A DNA stretch of 51,673 nt, from positions 1 through 51,673 of IMG/VR virus record IMGVR_UViG_3300023260_000002; one strand, written 5' to 3'. Source of the DNA: a virus (taxonomy: Duplodnaviria; Caudoviricetes). Of this stretch, positions 36,438 to 45,554 are shown in pieces. Made by a program: the position numbers and the translations under genes. Below the pieces are notes generated by a model, which saw only the letters and a program-made list of their open reading frames with translations, was not told the DNA's origin and did not search any database. Within the stretch, counting starts at the first letter, position 1. Each line of letters starts with the position of its first letter.

Positions 36438-36905
36438 ATGGGAAGAGAATTAAGAAAAGTGCCAGCAAATTGGGAACATCCGAAGAAAAACGACGGCAGC
36501 TATCAACCAATGTTTGATCGGTATTATTTGGATGAGCTTAATTTATGGCTTGCTGATCACAATAAGTGGCAAGACGGAACACACATGGATCTTCAAAATG
36601 ACCCATCTTTAAAAGAAAAGTATCCTTTCTGGGCCATGTATGGAGGTGATCCACCGGACGTTTCGTATTACCATACAAGAAAATATTCGGATGATGAGTT
36701 GACACATATCCAGTTATACGAGACAACTTCAGAAGGTACTCCGAAAAGCCCTGTATTCCACACCTCACAATTTGATGAGCTTTGCAAATATGCGGCAGAA
36801 CATTGCACAACATTCGCCACATACAAGGCTACAAAAGAGCAGTGGAAACAAATGCTATCCGATGGCCTAGTATTTCACCAGCAAGGAAACGCAATCTTTT
36901 TATAG
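36438..36905 (+). CDS. Hypothetical phage protein
   Basis: MGRELRKVPANWEHPK...QLYETTSEGTPKSPVF. Confidence 0.7.
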   Translation: MGRELRKVPANWEHPKKNDGSYQPMFDRYYLDELNLWLADHNKWQDGTHMDLQNDPSLKEKYPFWAMYGGDPPDVSYYHTRKYSDDELTHIQLYETTSEGTPKSPVFHTSQFDELCKYAAEHCTTFATYKATKEQWKQMLSDGLVFHQQGNAIFL

Positions 36906-36909
36906 TCTG

Positions 36910-37140
36910 ATGGAAACAATAGCAAAGACAACCGAAGAACGTACAGGGCTAGGGCATCAGCTTCAATCAGATCGCCGCACCGTAGATTCCTGTAAGGATT
37001 CACTCGATGAAGCGTTCTTCATGTTACGCAAACTGAAAGGCACGGAAATTGAAACCTTGCGTACAAAGATTGCAGCGGCTATGTGGGACTGCACAACAAT
37101 TTCCCATTCAATGGAAGAAGCATACAACCAAAACGACTAA
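36910..37140 (+). CDS. Hypothetical protein
   Basis: ORF in operon. Confidence 0.55.
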   Translation: METIAKTTEERTGLGHQLQSDRRTVDSCKDSLDEAFFMLRKLKGTEIETLRTKIAAAMWDCTTISHSMEEAYNQND

Positions 37141-37146
37141 ACCGTT

Positions 37147-37428
37147 ATGAACCTCACACAGGAATTAAAGTCATCAATAGCCCTCGTATCTCATAGGAAA
37201 GGACTGGAGAGAGCTGAAGCGCTCCTTTCTCTCTATGAGAAAGCCTGTAAGATAGTCGATATTAGGCAACATCAATCTGACCAATTTTATGATTATGGCC
37301 ATTACGAAACTTCTGCAAAATGGCAAGATAAAGCAGGCTCTGCAAGAAGAGCCAGCGAAAGAATAGCCCTGGCTTATCATAACCAGATAGCTGAAATACT
37401 TCAAACACCTCTAAGATGCAACCGATGA
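37147..37428 (+). CDS. Hypothetical protein
   Basis: ORF in operon. Confidence 0.55.
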   Translation: MNLTQELKSSIALVSHRKGLERAEALLSLYEKACKIVDIRQHQSDQFYDYGHYETSAKWQDKAGSARRASERIALAYHNQIAEILQTPLRCNR

Positions 37429-37703
37429 AACCACAGAGATTTGAAATAGGCCAGGCCGTAACTATGAAGAATCCATTGAACTGGCTGGTTTTAGATGGGC
37501 CTTCGGCTGGGTCTCTTGCTTTATTCGGTAAAATATATCACGTTAAGGAGTACACTAGTTATCATTCACAATACAGATGGCTTATATCATTTGAAGAATT
37601 GCACCCAGAAGATGAGTTTGAAGAAAATGAATTCGTTCCTGTAATCTCAGATGCAATTCTCGAATCAGAACTATCCTCTATAAATCAAACGATTAATGTA
37701 TAG
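37416..37703 (+). CDS. Hypothetical protein (SH3-like)
   Basis: FEIGQAV start pattern. Confidence 0.55.
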   Translation: MQPMKPQRFEIGQAVTMKNPLNWLVLDGPSAGSLALFGKIYHVKEYTSYHSQYRWLISFEELHPEDEFEENEFVPVISDAILESELSSINQTINV

Positions 37704-37757
37704 TGATTGCCTCTTTCTGTAAAACTCATTATATTAAACTGAAACCGATATACGGAT

Positions 37758-38141
37758 ATGGAAAAAAAAGCGAAGATTACACGAACAGTATTTAAGAACG
37801 AATGGGCTGGTACTAACGGCACCGTATACTACCACGACATCGAACTGGACAACGGAGATAAAGGCTCCATAGGCAGCAAAGAAAAAATGCCTACCAAACT
37901 AAATCCAGGAACAGAACTCACTTACACCATTGAAGGCAACAAGATAAAAGCAGTGTCCGCGCCTGTCGGTGGTGGCTTTCAAGGTGGCGGTGGTGGCAAG
38001 AGAGGCCCTGATCCTAAAGTACAGATTGTAGGATTCGCAATGTCCTACACTAAGGATTTAATCATAGGCGGCAAAGTTGACATTAAACACTTGCCTGAAA
38101 TGTTCGAAAAGATTCACGGATTAATGGCAGCTAAAGTATGA
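37758..38141 (+). CDS. Putative single-stranded DNA-binding (OB-like) protein
   Basis: Beta-rich N-terminus, Gly-rich linker, short C-terminal helical domain; early recombination region. Confidence 0.45.
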   Translation: MEKKAKITRTVFKNEWAGTNGTVYYHDIELDNGDKGSIGSKEKMPTKLNPGTELTYTIEGNKIKAVSAPVGGGFQGGGGGKRGPDPKVQIVGFAMSYTKDLIIGGKVDIKHLPEMFEKIHGLMAAKV

Positions 38142-38620
38142 ACGAACTACCAAACACAGCCTTTGGTGTAATCAGATTACTACCAGAGACGAAAGACGAA
38201 ATAAAACGATTTGGTGATCAGCTTATACGCTCCGTTCAGGATGGAGAGATAAATCCCCTGCAACTGAAAGCCATGTTAAAGGCTATTGAAATAATGTCAA
38301 AGAACGTAACGGATGCCATAGATGAAAACGTGCTCCGTGAAGCAGAAAGATACGCAGAAAAAAGATTTTCCGCATACGGATTTTCAATCGAAAAAGCTGA
38401 AAATGGAGTGAAGTATGATTATCTTAGCTGTGGTGATCCTGAGTATAACGAACGGCATAACGCCTTCGAAACAGCAAAACAGAGATTGGAAGATAGGGCG
38501 AAATTCTTAAAGGCCCTGAAAGAACCTCAACCCATAGTGCATCAGCCTACAGGGGAAGTGACGACAATAAGACCTCCTACTAAAACCGGTAAAGAAGGAT
38601 TGAAGTTTACATTGCAATAG
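38138..38620 (+). CDS. Hypothetical protein (recombination module)
   Basis: GEINPL...GVKYDYLSCGDP. Confidence 0.6.
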   Translation: MNELPNTAFGVIRLLPETKDEIKRFGDQLIRSVQDGEINPLQLKAMLKAIEIMSKNVTDAIDENVLREAERYAEKRFSAYGFSIEKAENGVKYDYLSCGDPEYNERHNAFETAKQRLEDRAKFLKALKEPQPIVHQPTGEVTTIRPPTKTGKEGLKFTLQ

Positions 38621-38622
38621 AA

Positions 38623-38991
38623 ATGGACGACAAGATAGAACGCGATTTAAAGGCTATTAGAGCCGTCGTAGATACAGACACTACAGGAGCCGACATAGAT
38701 TCAGTCGTTGAATGTGGCAAGAAATTAGCGGCTATGTGTGGGCTTTCTGCTCAGTGTATGGGCGCTGCTAAAAAGAGATTGGAAGCCGCCAGGTTAAAAA
38801 CCATCAGCGAACTAATAGAACGTAAGCTATCACCTTCTGTAATGAACAAAATGGTAGACGCTATGTGTGGTGAGCAACTGGCCCTCTACGATTATGCAGA
38901 CCGGCTAAACGCTGCCATCACTCATCAGCTTGACTATTACCGTTCGTGCATCAGTTTATACAAATGCGAAGTTGAAAATAGCTTAAAATAG
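38623..38991 (+). CDS. Hypothetical helical protein
   Basis: 122 aa; ends EVENSLK. Confidence 0.6.
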   Translation: MDDKIERDLKAIRAVVDTDTTGADIDSVVECGKKLAAMCGLSAQCMGAAKKRLEAARLKTISELIERKLSPSVMNKMVDAMCGEQLALYDYADRLNAAITHQLDYYRSCISLYKCEVENSLK

Positions 38992-38995
38992 AATT

Positions 38996-39538
38996 ATGTG
39001 GAAGCGTGTTAAAGGCTTTGAAGATAGTTACGAGGTATCATCTGATGGATGTGTTCGCACTATTGATCGTATTTGCGGGAAAAGACCAGGATTGCTAAAA
39101 TCCAAAATTTTAAAACAATTTGATAGTCGCGGATATAGATTTGTAATTTTATCTAAGAATGGATCTAAAAAAAATTGTTATGTTCATCGCTTAGTCGCTC
39201 AATGTTTTATACCAAACCCTGAAAATAAACCTCAGGTCAATCATAAAAATGGGGTCAAGTCAGATAATGTATTGACAAATCTTGAATGGTCTACAATACA
39301 AGATAACCATTTGCATTCCTATCGTGAATTGAACCGACATCGTCCGAATCAAAAAGGAGATAGAAATACAAATTCCAAATTAACACGCAATCAGGTAAAT
39401 GATATAATCAATAGATATAAATCTAAAAAAAGTACTGCAATTCAACTTGCTAAAGAATTCAGTATAAATAAAAATTATGTGTATCAACTATCTAATGGCA
39501 AGACATGGAAAACCGAACTTGAAAACAGCTTAAAGTAA
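38996..39538 (+). CDS. NUMOD4-HNH homing endonuclease with C-terminal HTH
   Basis: WKRVKGFEDSYEVSSDG, VHRLVAQCFIPNPENKPQVNHKNGVKSDN...NLEW, NSKLT...LAKEFSI. Confidence 0.92.
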   Translation: MWKRVKGFEDSYEVSSDGCVRTIDRICGKRPGLLKSKILKQFDSRGYRFVILSKNGSKKNCYVHRLVAQCFIPNPENKPQVNHKNGVKSDNVLTNLEWSTIQDNHLHSYRELNRHRPNQKGDRNTNSKLTRNQVNDIINRYKSKKSTAIQLAKEFSINKNYVYQLSNGKTWKTELENSLK

Positions 39539-39680
39539 TGAAACCCTTATTAATCTCCTTCCGCCTCTATCTAGCTGAGTGGCTACTAGGTAAGGTGTAC
39601 GATATAGCTCCTAAATGTAAAGAAGGAGAAGGAATAAAATTACACGTAGCTAACTACTTCCAGATTAAAGATAAACAGCA

Positions 39681-40142
39681 ATGGAACAGAAACGTATTAT
39701 AAAGTTCAGAGTTTGGGACAAGGTAGCAAAGCGTATGTCCCCGGAGTTTCACTTGTTCGGTGAGTTCATGTTAATGGGAGGCATAGACTCATGGTTATAT
39801 GAATCAGGAATTAAAGGTAAGGACTCACTGGAAAGGCTAAACGATCTAGTAGAATTGCGGTCAACGGGAATACACGATAAGAACAAAGTTGAAATATTTG
39901 AAGGTGACATATTAGAATTCGCAGATAAATGGGAGTGGTATAGAGGATCATATGGGATAAAAATGCTAGCTGCAAATGAAGAAAGAAGAAAAGAATTGCA
40001 GCGTCAATATGATTTAGAACCAATGGAGAGACGCGAGGTGTCAATCCCTGAATCTTATGAATGGTTGCTTAGTAGCGAAATCAAAACATATTGGCAAGTA
40101 ATCGGTAACGTATACAGCACCCCTAACCTATTGGAGAAATGA
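39681..40142 (+). CDS. YopX-family protein
   Basis: IKFRVWDK, STGIHDKNKVEIFEGDIL, VIGNVYSTPNLL. Confidence 0.88.
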   Translation: MEQKRIIKFRVWDKVAKRMSPEFHLFGEFMLMGGIDSWLYESGIKGKDSLERLNDLVELRSTGIHDKNKVEIFEGDILEFADKWEWYRGSYGIKMLAANEERRKELQRQYDLEPMERREVSIPESYEWLLSSEIKTYWQVIGNVYSTPNLLEK

Positions 40143-40468
40143 AAACAGATAATGAATTGATCGCTGAATTCATGGGATCAACATATATCAAAGATGGCAC
40201 AATGCGCTACTGGATTATAGATGGCCGGAATCATTCGACACTACACTATGAAACATCATGGGACTGGCTCATGCCCGTTGTGGAGAAGATAAAGTTGAGT
40301 TATGATGTTTCAATACGTTTTTATTCAGGTGATTGTACATGCTACATAAACAAGCAAACATTGGAGGGCATAGAGATTTCCAGCTTCGGCAATTTCGAAC
40401 CATCAATTATGAATGTATATAAGGCTGTTGTTAAATTCATCAAATGGTATAACTCACAAAAGTTATGA
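40139..40468 (+). CDS. Hypothetical phage protein
   Basis: NELIAEFMG...YETSWDWLMPVVEKI...VVKFIKWYN. Confidence 0.7.
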   Translation: MKTDNELIAEFMGSTYIKDGTMRYWIIDGRNHSTLHYETSWDWLMPVVEKIKLSYDVSIRFYSGDCTCYINKQTLEGIEISSFGNFEPSIMNVYKAVVKFIKWYNSQKL

Positions 40469-40854
40469 TCATAGGTGATTGCTCATGTGGACGAAGGTGC
40501 CGTGCTGGATCAACTCAGTGTGCAACGTGTGAGGCTGAGGATAGGAAACTATCTAGGAACGCTTTAAAATTAAAGGTGGTGAAGCCTGTTAAAAAAGTGA
40601 CAGCTAAACGCGCAGGACAGTTGCAGGAGTACGCGAAGCTCAGAAAAGAATACATGGCTTTATATCCGGTTTGTGAAGTACCTGAATGCAATGAACGATC
40701 TGTCGAACTACACCATCAGAAAGGCAGGGAAAACGATATGCTTTTAGACACTAACTACTTCTTTGCCTGCTGTAAGAAACATCATGATGAATTCACAGAG
40801 CACAGCAAAGAAGCTAAAGAAAACGGTTATTCAGTGCTGAGAACAGCTAAATAA
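40465..40854 (+). CDS. HNH-like Zn-binding nuclease
   Basis: CEVPEC...ELHHQKGR...CCKKHH. Confidence 0.65.
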   Translation: MIIGDCSCGRRCRAGSTQCATCEAEDRKLSRNALKLKVVKPVKKVTAKRAGQLQEYAKLRKEYMALYPVCEVPECNERSVELHHQKGRENDMLLDTNYFFACCKKHHDEFTEHSKEAKENGYSVLRTAK

Positions 40855-40855
40855 A

Positions 40856-41098
40856 ATGAGATGTCACTGGGCGCATGAAGGAGGCAAAAGGTTCTGGATA
40901 CCTGGATGCATGTGGGCGGTGAACAATCCTGAGCATGATGGACAGTGCTACTGCCGAATAGATGAAAAGAAACTGCAACAAAAGTGGAAGGAAAACGACC
41001 CGGAGTTTAAAGCCAGAATTGAGAACAAGGCACTTTGGAAAGAGAACGCAAGGCTCAACAGGATAATTCAAAAACTAACTAGTAAGCAGGACAGCTAA
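40856..41098 (+). CDS. Hypothetical protein, Cys/His N-terminus plus coiled coil
   Basis: CHW...IPGC...CYC then a coiled coil. Confidence 0.6.
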   Translation: MRCHWAHEGGKRFWIPGCMWAVNNPEHDGQCYCRIDEKKLQQKWKENDPEFKARIENKALWKENARLNRIIQKLTSKQDS

Positions 41099-41150
41099 AC
41101 AATGAACGCATGACAAACAATAAATCCCGTATTGTATTTGACATTTCTGG

Positions 41151-41489
41151 ATGGCAGTTAATGGGACTATTCTTTATAGCCATAGGACTTTGGTTCTTGT
41201 CTCTTCTGGCTATGAGTGCTTATATTTACTAGTTCATCTGGTGAGTAACGAAGAACTATACTCCCGCTACCGTGTAAGCTTACGTGGGATACTAAGAGCA
41301 AAAAAAAAGATAAAACGTCAGGTCGAAAACAATCTGGATGATCTTGATTTTTGCAGTATCCGTCATTACCGGATAGAGTTATTGAACGTAATAGCTTCTA
41401 ACTTAAGATTGGTTTTAAGCGAAGTAGACGGTAGATATATAAACAAGCAGCAGAAATTAAACCCTGTCTTTTATAGATGGGATATGTAG
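41151..41489 (+). CDS. Hypothetical protein (start uncertain)
   Basis: ORF in operon. Confidence 0.45.
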   Translation: MAVNGTILYSHRTLVLVSSGYECLYLLVHLVSNEELYSRYRVSLRGILRAKKKIKRQVENNLDDLDFCSIRHYRIELLNVIASNLRLVLSEVDGRYINKQQKLNPVFYRWDM

Positions 41490-41977
41490 GAAACTTATTA
41501 AACACTAGTTATATGAGAGATTTTAATCACACTTTAAATGTATTAGTAAAGGCTTATTTAAACGACACTCTTCAACACGGAAGATGCACGGCTTGTGCCG
41601 TCGGTAACATGATTTGTGATTCTCTGAATATAGAGACATACAAGACCGAAGACGGTAACATACATTGGAAAAATAATATATTCTATTGGGACGAGGTTGT
41701 ATGTACCCGAATGGGTAATCAGAGAATTCACATGGATAATTATTTAGGCCAGGCTAAATATCAGATTGATTCAACCGGATATTCAGTAGAAGAGATTGCA
41801 AAAATAGAATTTGCCTTTGAGGCGCGTGTAAAATATGACGACTTTGGACAAGTTATTGGCGATAAAGATATAGCCATGTTCAAAGGTTTGATGGCAGTAG
41901 TTGACGTACTCGCAGACATTCATGGCATAGACCTTAAAGCTAAAGAAGAAGCTAAGGCGCTATTCGTAAAAGCATAG
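41477..41977 (+). CDS. Hypothetical phage protein
   Basis: LVKAYLNDTLQHGRCTACAVGNMI...TGYSVEEI..IEFAFE. Confidence 0.7.
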   Translation: MGYVGNLLNTSYMRDFNHTLNVLVKAYLNDTLQHGRCTACAVGNMICDSLNIETYKTEDGNIHWKNNIFYWDEVVCTRMGNQRIHMDNYLGQAKYQIDSTGYSVEEIAKIEFAFEARVKYDDFGQVIGDKDIAMFKGLMAVVDVLADIHGIDLKAKEEAKALFVKA

Positions 41978-42083
41978 TGTAGCCCAGCACCGGAGAACGT
42001 AAAGCAGGACCGCGTTAAAGAGTCCTGCAACATTTGGAGAGGTGGCGAAATTGGTAGACGCACCGAAAGTCGGGGCCTTTTTT
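41976..42083 (+). pseudogene. Two tandem degenerate tRNA-like elements
   Basis: GGAGAGGTGGCGAAATTGGTAGACGCAC (42036-42063) matches the 5' end and D-arm of a tRNA-Leu; upstream GTAGCCCAG and GCAGG...GAGTCCTGC resemble D-arm and T-arm remnants. Confidence 0.6.
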
Positions 42084-42097
42084 ACTAAATTTGTCTT

Positions 42098-42754
42098 ATG
42101 CGTGTATTAGTTGGTTGCGAAGAATCACAAGTAGTATGTAAAGCTTTCCGTGAGCGAGGACATGAAGCATACTCATGCGACTTACAGGAATGTTCTGGAG
42201 GGCATCCAGAATGGCATTTTGACTGTGACGTAATGGATTTACTACAAACAAGGGTTCGATTGTTCATTACCCAAAATGGAGACTATCATTCTATTGATAA
42301 GTGGGATTTAGGAATATTCCATCCGCCGTGTACATACTTCTCAAGAGCTGCCGGAAGATGGCTTTATAATCCTGATAGGCTTGTAAAAACAAAAGAGTCT
42401 TATGAATTCGTGAAGAATATTTGGAACTCAGGCATACCAAAAATAGCTATTGAGAATCCCCCCGGATGGCTTTGCACAAACTGGAAGAGGCCAAGTCAAA
42501 AAATACACCCCTGGTATTTCGGTGATCCGGAAATGAAAGAGACCTGCCTTTGGCTTAAGGGTCTGCCAAAACTTCAAGGATTGCGTACTGTAGCAGAGCG
42601 TCCAAAACTATACCATCCAAAACCAATTAGTTCACGAATGGGCAGTGATGGAAAAGTGAAAAACAAATACTTTGTATCGCGAATGACCAACGCAAAAGAC
42701 AGATCTAAAACCTTTCCCGGCATAGCCCGCGCAATGGCTGAACAATGGGGCTAA
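42098..42754 (+). CDS. Phage DNA cytosine-C5 methyltransferase-like protein
   Basis: VLVGCEESQ...AYSCDL, HPPCTY (catalytic PC), IENP, RSKTFPGIARAMAEQW. Confidence 0.78.
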   Translation: MRVLVGCEESQVVCKAFRERGHEAYSCDLQECSGGHPEWHFDCDVMDLLQTRVRLFITQNGDYHSIDKWDLGIFHPPCTYFSRAAGRWLYNPDRLVKTKESYEFVKNIWNSGIPKIAIENPPGWLCTNWKRPSQKIHPWYFGDPEMKETCLWLKGLPKLQGLRTVAERPKLYHPKPISSRMGSDGKVKNKYFVSRMTNAKDRSKTFPGIARAMAEQWG

Positions 42755-42815
42755 ATCTATATGTAAGTACAATTAAGTACTTCTCGGTATTTTACAAAGA
42801 ATAAGGATATAATCG

Positions 42816-42847
42816 TTTGCGCTAAAGTATGGACGGTTGTATATTTG
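42816..42847 (+). promoter_or_regulatory. Consensus Bacteroidota promoter TTTG-N20-TATATTTG for the replication module
   Basis: tttg 42816-42819, tatatttg 42840-42847. Confidence 0.8.
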
Positions 42848-42855
42848 TTTATTCG

Positions 42856-42958
42856 CTCGCAAAATTATTTCTGGAAGGCTAATTTTGCGGGTAAGTTGTT
42901 TAGACTTCAGAAGCTAAACTTCCCGCCCGGTGCATCTTCCAGAGTGCCGGGCTTTTTT
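42856..42958 (+). ncRNA. Three-hairpin leader / attenuator with kissing-loop complementarity
   Basis: 12-bp hairpin with loop tctggaag; terminator hairpin gcccggtgc/gtgccgggc plus T6 with loop cttccaga. Confidence 0.7.
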
Positions 42959-42989
42959 ATTTTACACTTACTTGAAAGGAGTTCCTACT

Positions 42990-43346
42990 ATGGCCAATCT
43001 AATCTTAAAGAACGGATCTTTCTACCGTGACGGCGAAAAAGTCCCCTTAGAATTCGGTAATAAGGAGCAGATTAAAATGCTCAAAAAGATTAAAGAGCTA
43101 TCCGGTGACGGGGTTCTGGCTAAAGTTGATGAGGATGAATTAATATCGCTTGAATATGTGTGTTTATGTGGCACTCCGTTTCGAAAACAATATACCTATG
43201 ATCAGTGGAATGAGTTTCAGCACGACAAATTTATATGCGCTGGATGTGATCTTAAATACTTCCTTGATGGCGAAGTGTTCAACCCCTTCGTAGTCGTTAA
43301 GCTTGACAAAAAGAAAGCATCAAGGAAAGAGGTGAGCAATGGCTAA
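42990..43346 (+). CDS. Hypothetical protein with Cys motifs
   Basis: Start MANLILK; DGEKVPLEFGNKEQI; CLC and CAGC. Confidence 0.65.
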   Translation: MANLILKNGSFYRDGEKVPLEFGNKEQIKMLKKIKELSGDGVLAKVDEDELISLEYVCLCGTPFRKQYTYDQWNEFQHDKFICAGCDLKYFLDGEVFNPFVVVKLDKKKASRKEVSNG

Positions 43347-43737
43347 TATCACCGAACTTCTTGAATTGCCAAGACCCGCTAAACGGCCTCCCTATTCAGA
43401 ACAGTTAAAAGATCCCCGATGGGAATGGGTTAGGTCAGAGATAATCCAAAGGGATGGATACTGCTGTAAAATATGCTTCAGGACAAGGGGCCTACAAGTT
43501 CATCACATGGAATATGTGGATGGTTGGCTGGCCTGGGAATACCCTTTCAATTATCTTATAACCCTCTGTGGCCGATGTCACGCGATAGAACACGGTATTA
43601 TTGCGGATATAGACACCTTCCGGCAAATTGGCGAAAGTCGTCCAGTAAAAAGCATATACGAGATTATGTTAGAGATGGTTCAGGCTTCAATAAAAATGGC
43701 AGAAAACAGATCGCAATGGCAAAGGAAAGGACTTTAA
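43339..43737 (+). CDS. HNH endonuclease
   Basis: LKDPRW...RDGYCCKIC...LQVHH...WEY...LITLCGRCH. Confidence 0.88.
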   Translation: MANITELLELPRPAKRPPYSEQLKDPRWEWVRSEIIQRDGYCCKICFRTRGLQVHHMEYVDGWLAWEYPFNYLITLCGRCHAIEHGIIADIDTFRQIGESRPVKSIYEIMLEMVQASIKMAENRSQWQRKGL

Positions 43738-44582
43738 AAGAAGGCCTCGAATTCTTCCCGCTGGACATCGATTACTTTGATGATAGTAAGATATTGCTGA
43801 TCGAATCAAAGTTTGGCCTGGCAGGCTCTATCGTAGCCACACGCCTTCTTTGCACTATCTACCGTCAAGGGTACTATATGACATGGAATGACGGTGAGGC
43901 GCTGGCCTTGGCCCGCCGGGTAGGTAACGGAGTAACCTTTGAGGTGATCAACGAAATTGTGAATGGGCTGCTAAAATGTGACTTCTTTGATCAGCCGATG
44001 TTCGAGGGTTTTGGCATCCTTACCAGCCATGGTATACAGACCAGATGGAAGAAGATAATCACCGATTGTAACCGTAAAAGTCGGATAAAGTCTGACTTTA
44101 ACCTTCTCATAGAGGATCAAAAGTCAGACTTTAAGCCTCAAAAGTCCGAAGAAAGGACACAAAGTAAAGTAAAGGAAATTAAAGTAGAAGAAAGTAAAGT
44201 ACAGGAAAGTATTACGGCGGAAGCTTATGACATTATCCCGAAGATCCTGAAATACTTTTCAGCCAGCACTGACCCAATGGGAATAATATACAGTGTTACG
44301 ATGGATTTCGTAGAGACAACATTCCACCGAGGGGAGTTTGAAAAGCTTAAATTGGCTTTTGACAAATACCAGGAATACAAAGCCCGTTCACGAGAACAAC
44401 TCCACGGAATCGAAAGATGGATAGGAACGAAGGAAAAATATTACCAGGACGGATATTGGACGCAAACGGATTGGAACGATAAAAACAGCAAATATGAGCA
44501 GCAAATTGCTAAAAGAACATCTGGATCAATTGTCACCCAGGTTGGCGGAACAAGTTACGCAAACAATGCGGGATGGGGATAA
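43716..44582 (+). CDS. Replication initiator with DUF4373 (Lin1244/Lin1753-like) domain
   Basis: GLEFFPLDIDYFDDSKI...IYRQGYY...ILTSHGIQTRW, KVKEIKVEESKV linker; start MAKERT. Confidence 0.82.
   Translation: MAKERTLKEGLEFFPLDIDYFDDSKILLIESKFGLAGSIVATRLLCTIYRQGYYMTWNDGEALALARRVGNGVTFEVINEIVNGLLKCDFFDQPMFEGFGILTSHGIQTRWKKIITDCNRKSRIKSDFNLLIEDQKSDFKPQKSEERTQSKVKEIKVEESKVQESITAEAYDIIPKILKYFSASTDPMGIIYSVTMDFVETTFHRGEFEKLKLAFDKYQEYKARSREQLHGIERWIGTKEKYYQDGYWTQTDWNDKNSKYEQQIAKRTSGSIVTQVGGTSYANNAGWG
44076..44150. repeat. Candidate replication origin iterons (AAAGTC-based)
   Basis: taaagtc-t-gacttta (44086-44100), aaagtc-a-gacttt (44120-44132), half sites at 44076 and 44140; A-rich tract follows. Confidence 0.6.
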
Positions 44583-45381
44583 CCTCCCACTGCCGGAACT
44601 AACGGCTGAAGAACAGGATAAAATACTACTTGAAGCCAGAAAACGGAAACAAGCGGCCATAGAGCAGGAGAAGTACAACCGGGAATATTGGCAAAAAATT
44701 ACCATGGAAAAGCCAGTTCCGAGATACAGTGCAGAAGAATTACTAACCCGACTCACACTATCCCGAAATACTCATGGAAAGCGCTTCGTTGTAGACTCCG
44801 AAAATAAGGCCCAGGTGAATACCCTTTGCTTGTACTTCTCAGGCGATCCTAGGCTAGAGGAATATGGGTTAAGCCACGACAAAGGCGTTTTACTCATTGG
44901 ACCGTTAGGTGTCGGCAAATCGCATCTAATGAGCTTTTTCTTCCAGAACCAAAAGGCCAGCTATGTAATGGCACCATGCCACAAAATAGAGGATGAATGG
45001 GCGAATGCTAAACCAGAAGACCGGAACGTTATTGTCTATTACTCACAGTTGGTAGACGGTGCCCTGAATACCAACCCATACAAACACCTTAAATTGGGCA
45101 CCTGTTTCGATGAACTGGGGAATGAGACAACGCCATCCAAACGGTTCGGTGAGGAAAAGAACGTCATGCAGGAAATAATCCTTAGGCGCTATGACAGGGC
45201 TATAGCTGAAATAAACTTCCAACCATCGGAACGGCAAATGCCATTCTACAAAACCCACTTTACCACAAACCTTACCGCTGATGGAGTTAAGACTAAATAC
45301 GGTGATCGGGTAAGAGATCGACTCAAGGAGATGTGCAACATGATTGTATTTCCTGAAGACACAAAAAGCCGTAGAGCATAA
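44494..45381 (+). CDS. DnaC/IstB-like AAA+ ATPase (helicase loader)
   Basis: GPLGVGKS, CFDELGNE, FTTNL, YGDRVRDRLKEM. Confidence 0.88.
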   Translation: MSSKLLKEHLDQLSPRLAEQVTQTMRDGDNLPLPELTAEEQDKILLEARKRKQAAIEQEKYNREYWQKITMEKPVPRYSAEELLTRLTLSRNTHGKRFVVDSENKAQVNTLCLYFSGDPRLEEYGLSHDKGVLLIGPLGVGKSHLMSFFFQNQKASYVMAPCHKIEDEWANAKPEDRNVIVYYSQLVDGALNTNPYKHLKLGTCFDELGNETTPSKRFGEEKNVMQEIILRRYDRAIAEINFQPSERQMPFYKTHFTTNLTADGVKTKYGDRVRDRLKEMCNMIVFPEDTKSRRA

Positions 45382-45554
45382 AACAATACGACGCTAAAGT
45401 ACCTAAACTATGAGTGATGAATACGTTGTAGGATTTGTTAGCTGTGATCCCGATGGACTGACACCGATTGACATTGTAATGGATGTAACAGGACTTACTT
45501 ACGACGAGGTTAAATCCTGTTGTGAGGTTGTGAATATTCCGGACACAATACCAG

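Noticed and set aside
42036-42083. Functional tRNA-Leu or attP core
   Set aside because: No anticodon arm, T-arm or CCA; no integrase recognised; att cores usually match the tRNA 3' part.
20276-42754. C5-MTase + TET + GT DNA hypermodification pathway
   Set aside because: No TET/JBP or hydroxymethylase recognised, and the MTase-like gene is 13 kb away on the other arm; kept only as an alternative hypothesis.
43473-43715. Long N-terminal extension of the DUF4373 ORF
   Set aside because: It overlaps the HNH gene; the conserved domain begins after the ATG at 43716.
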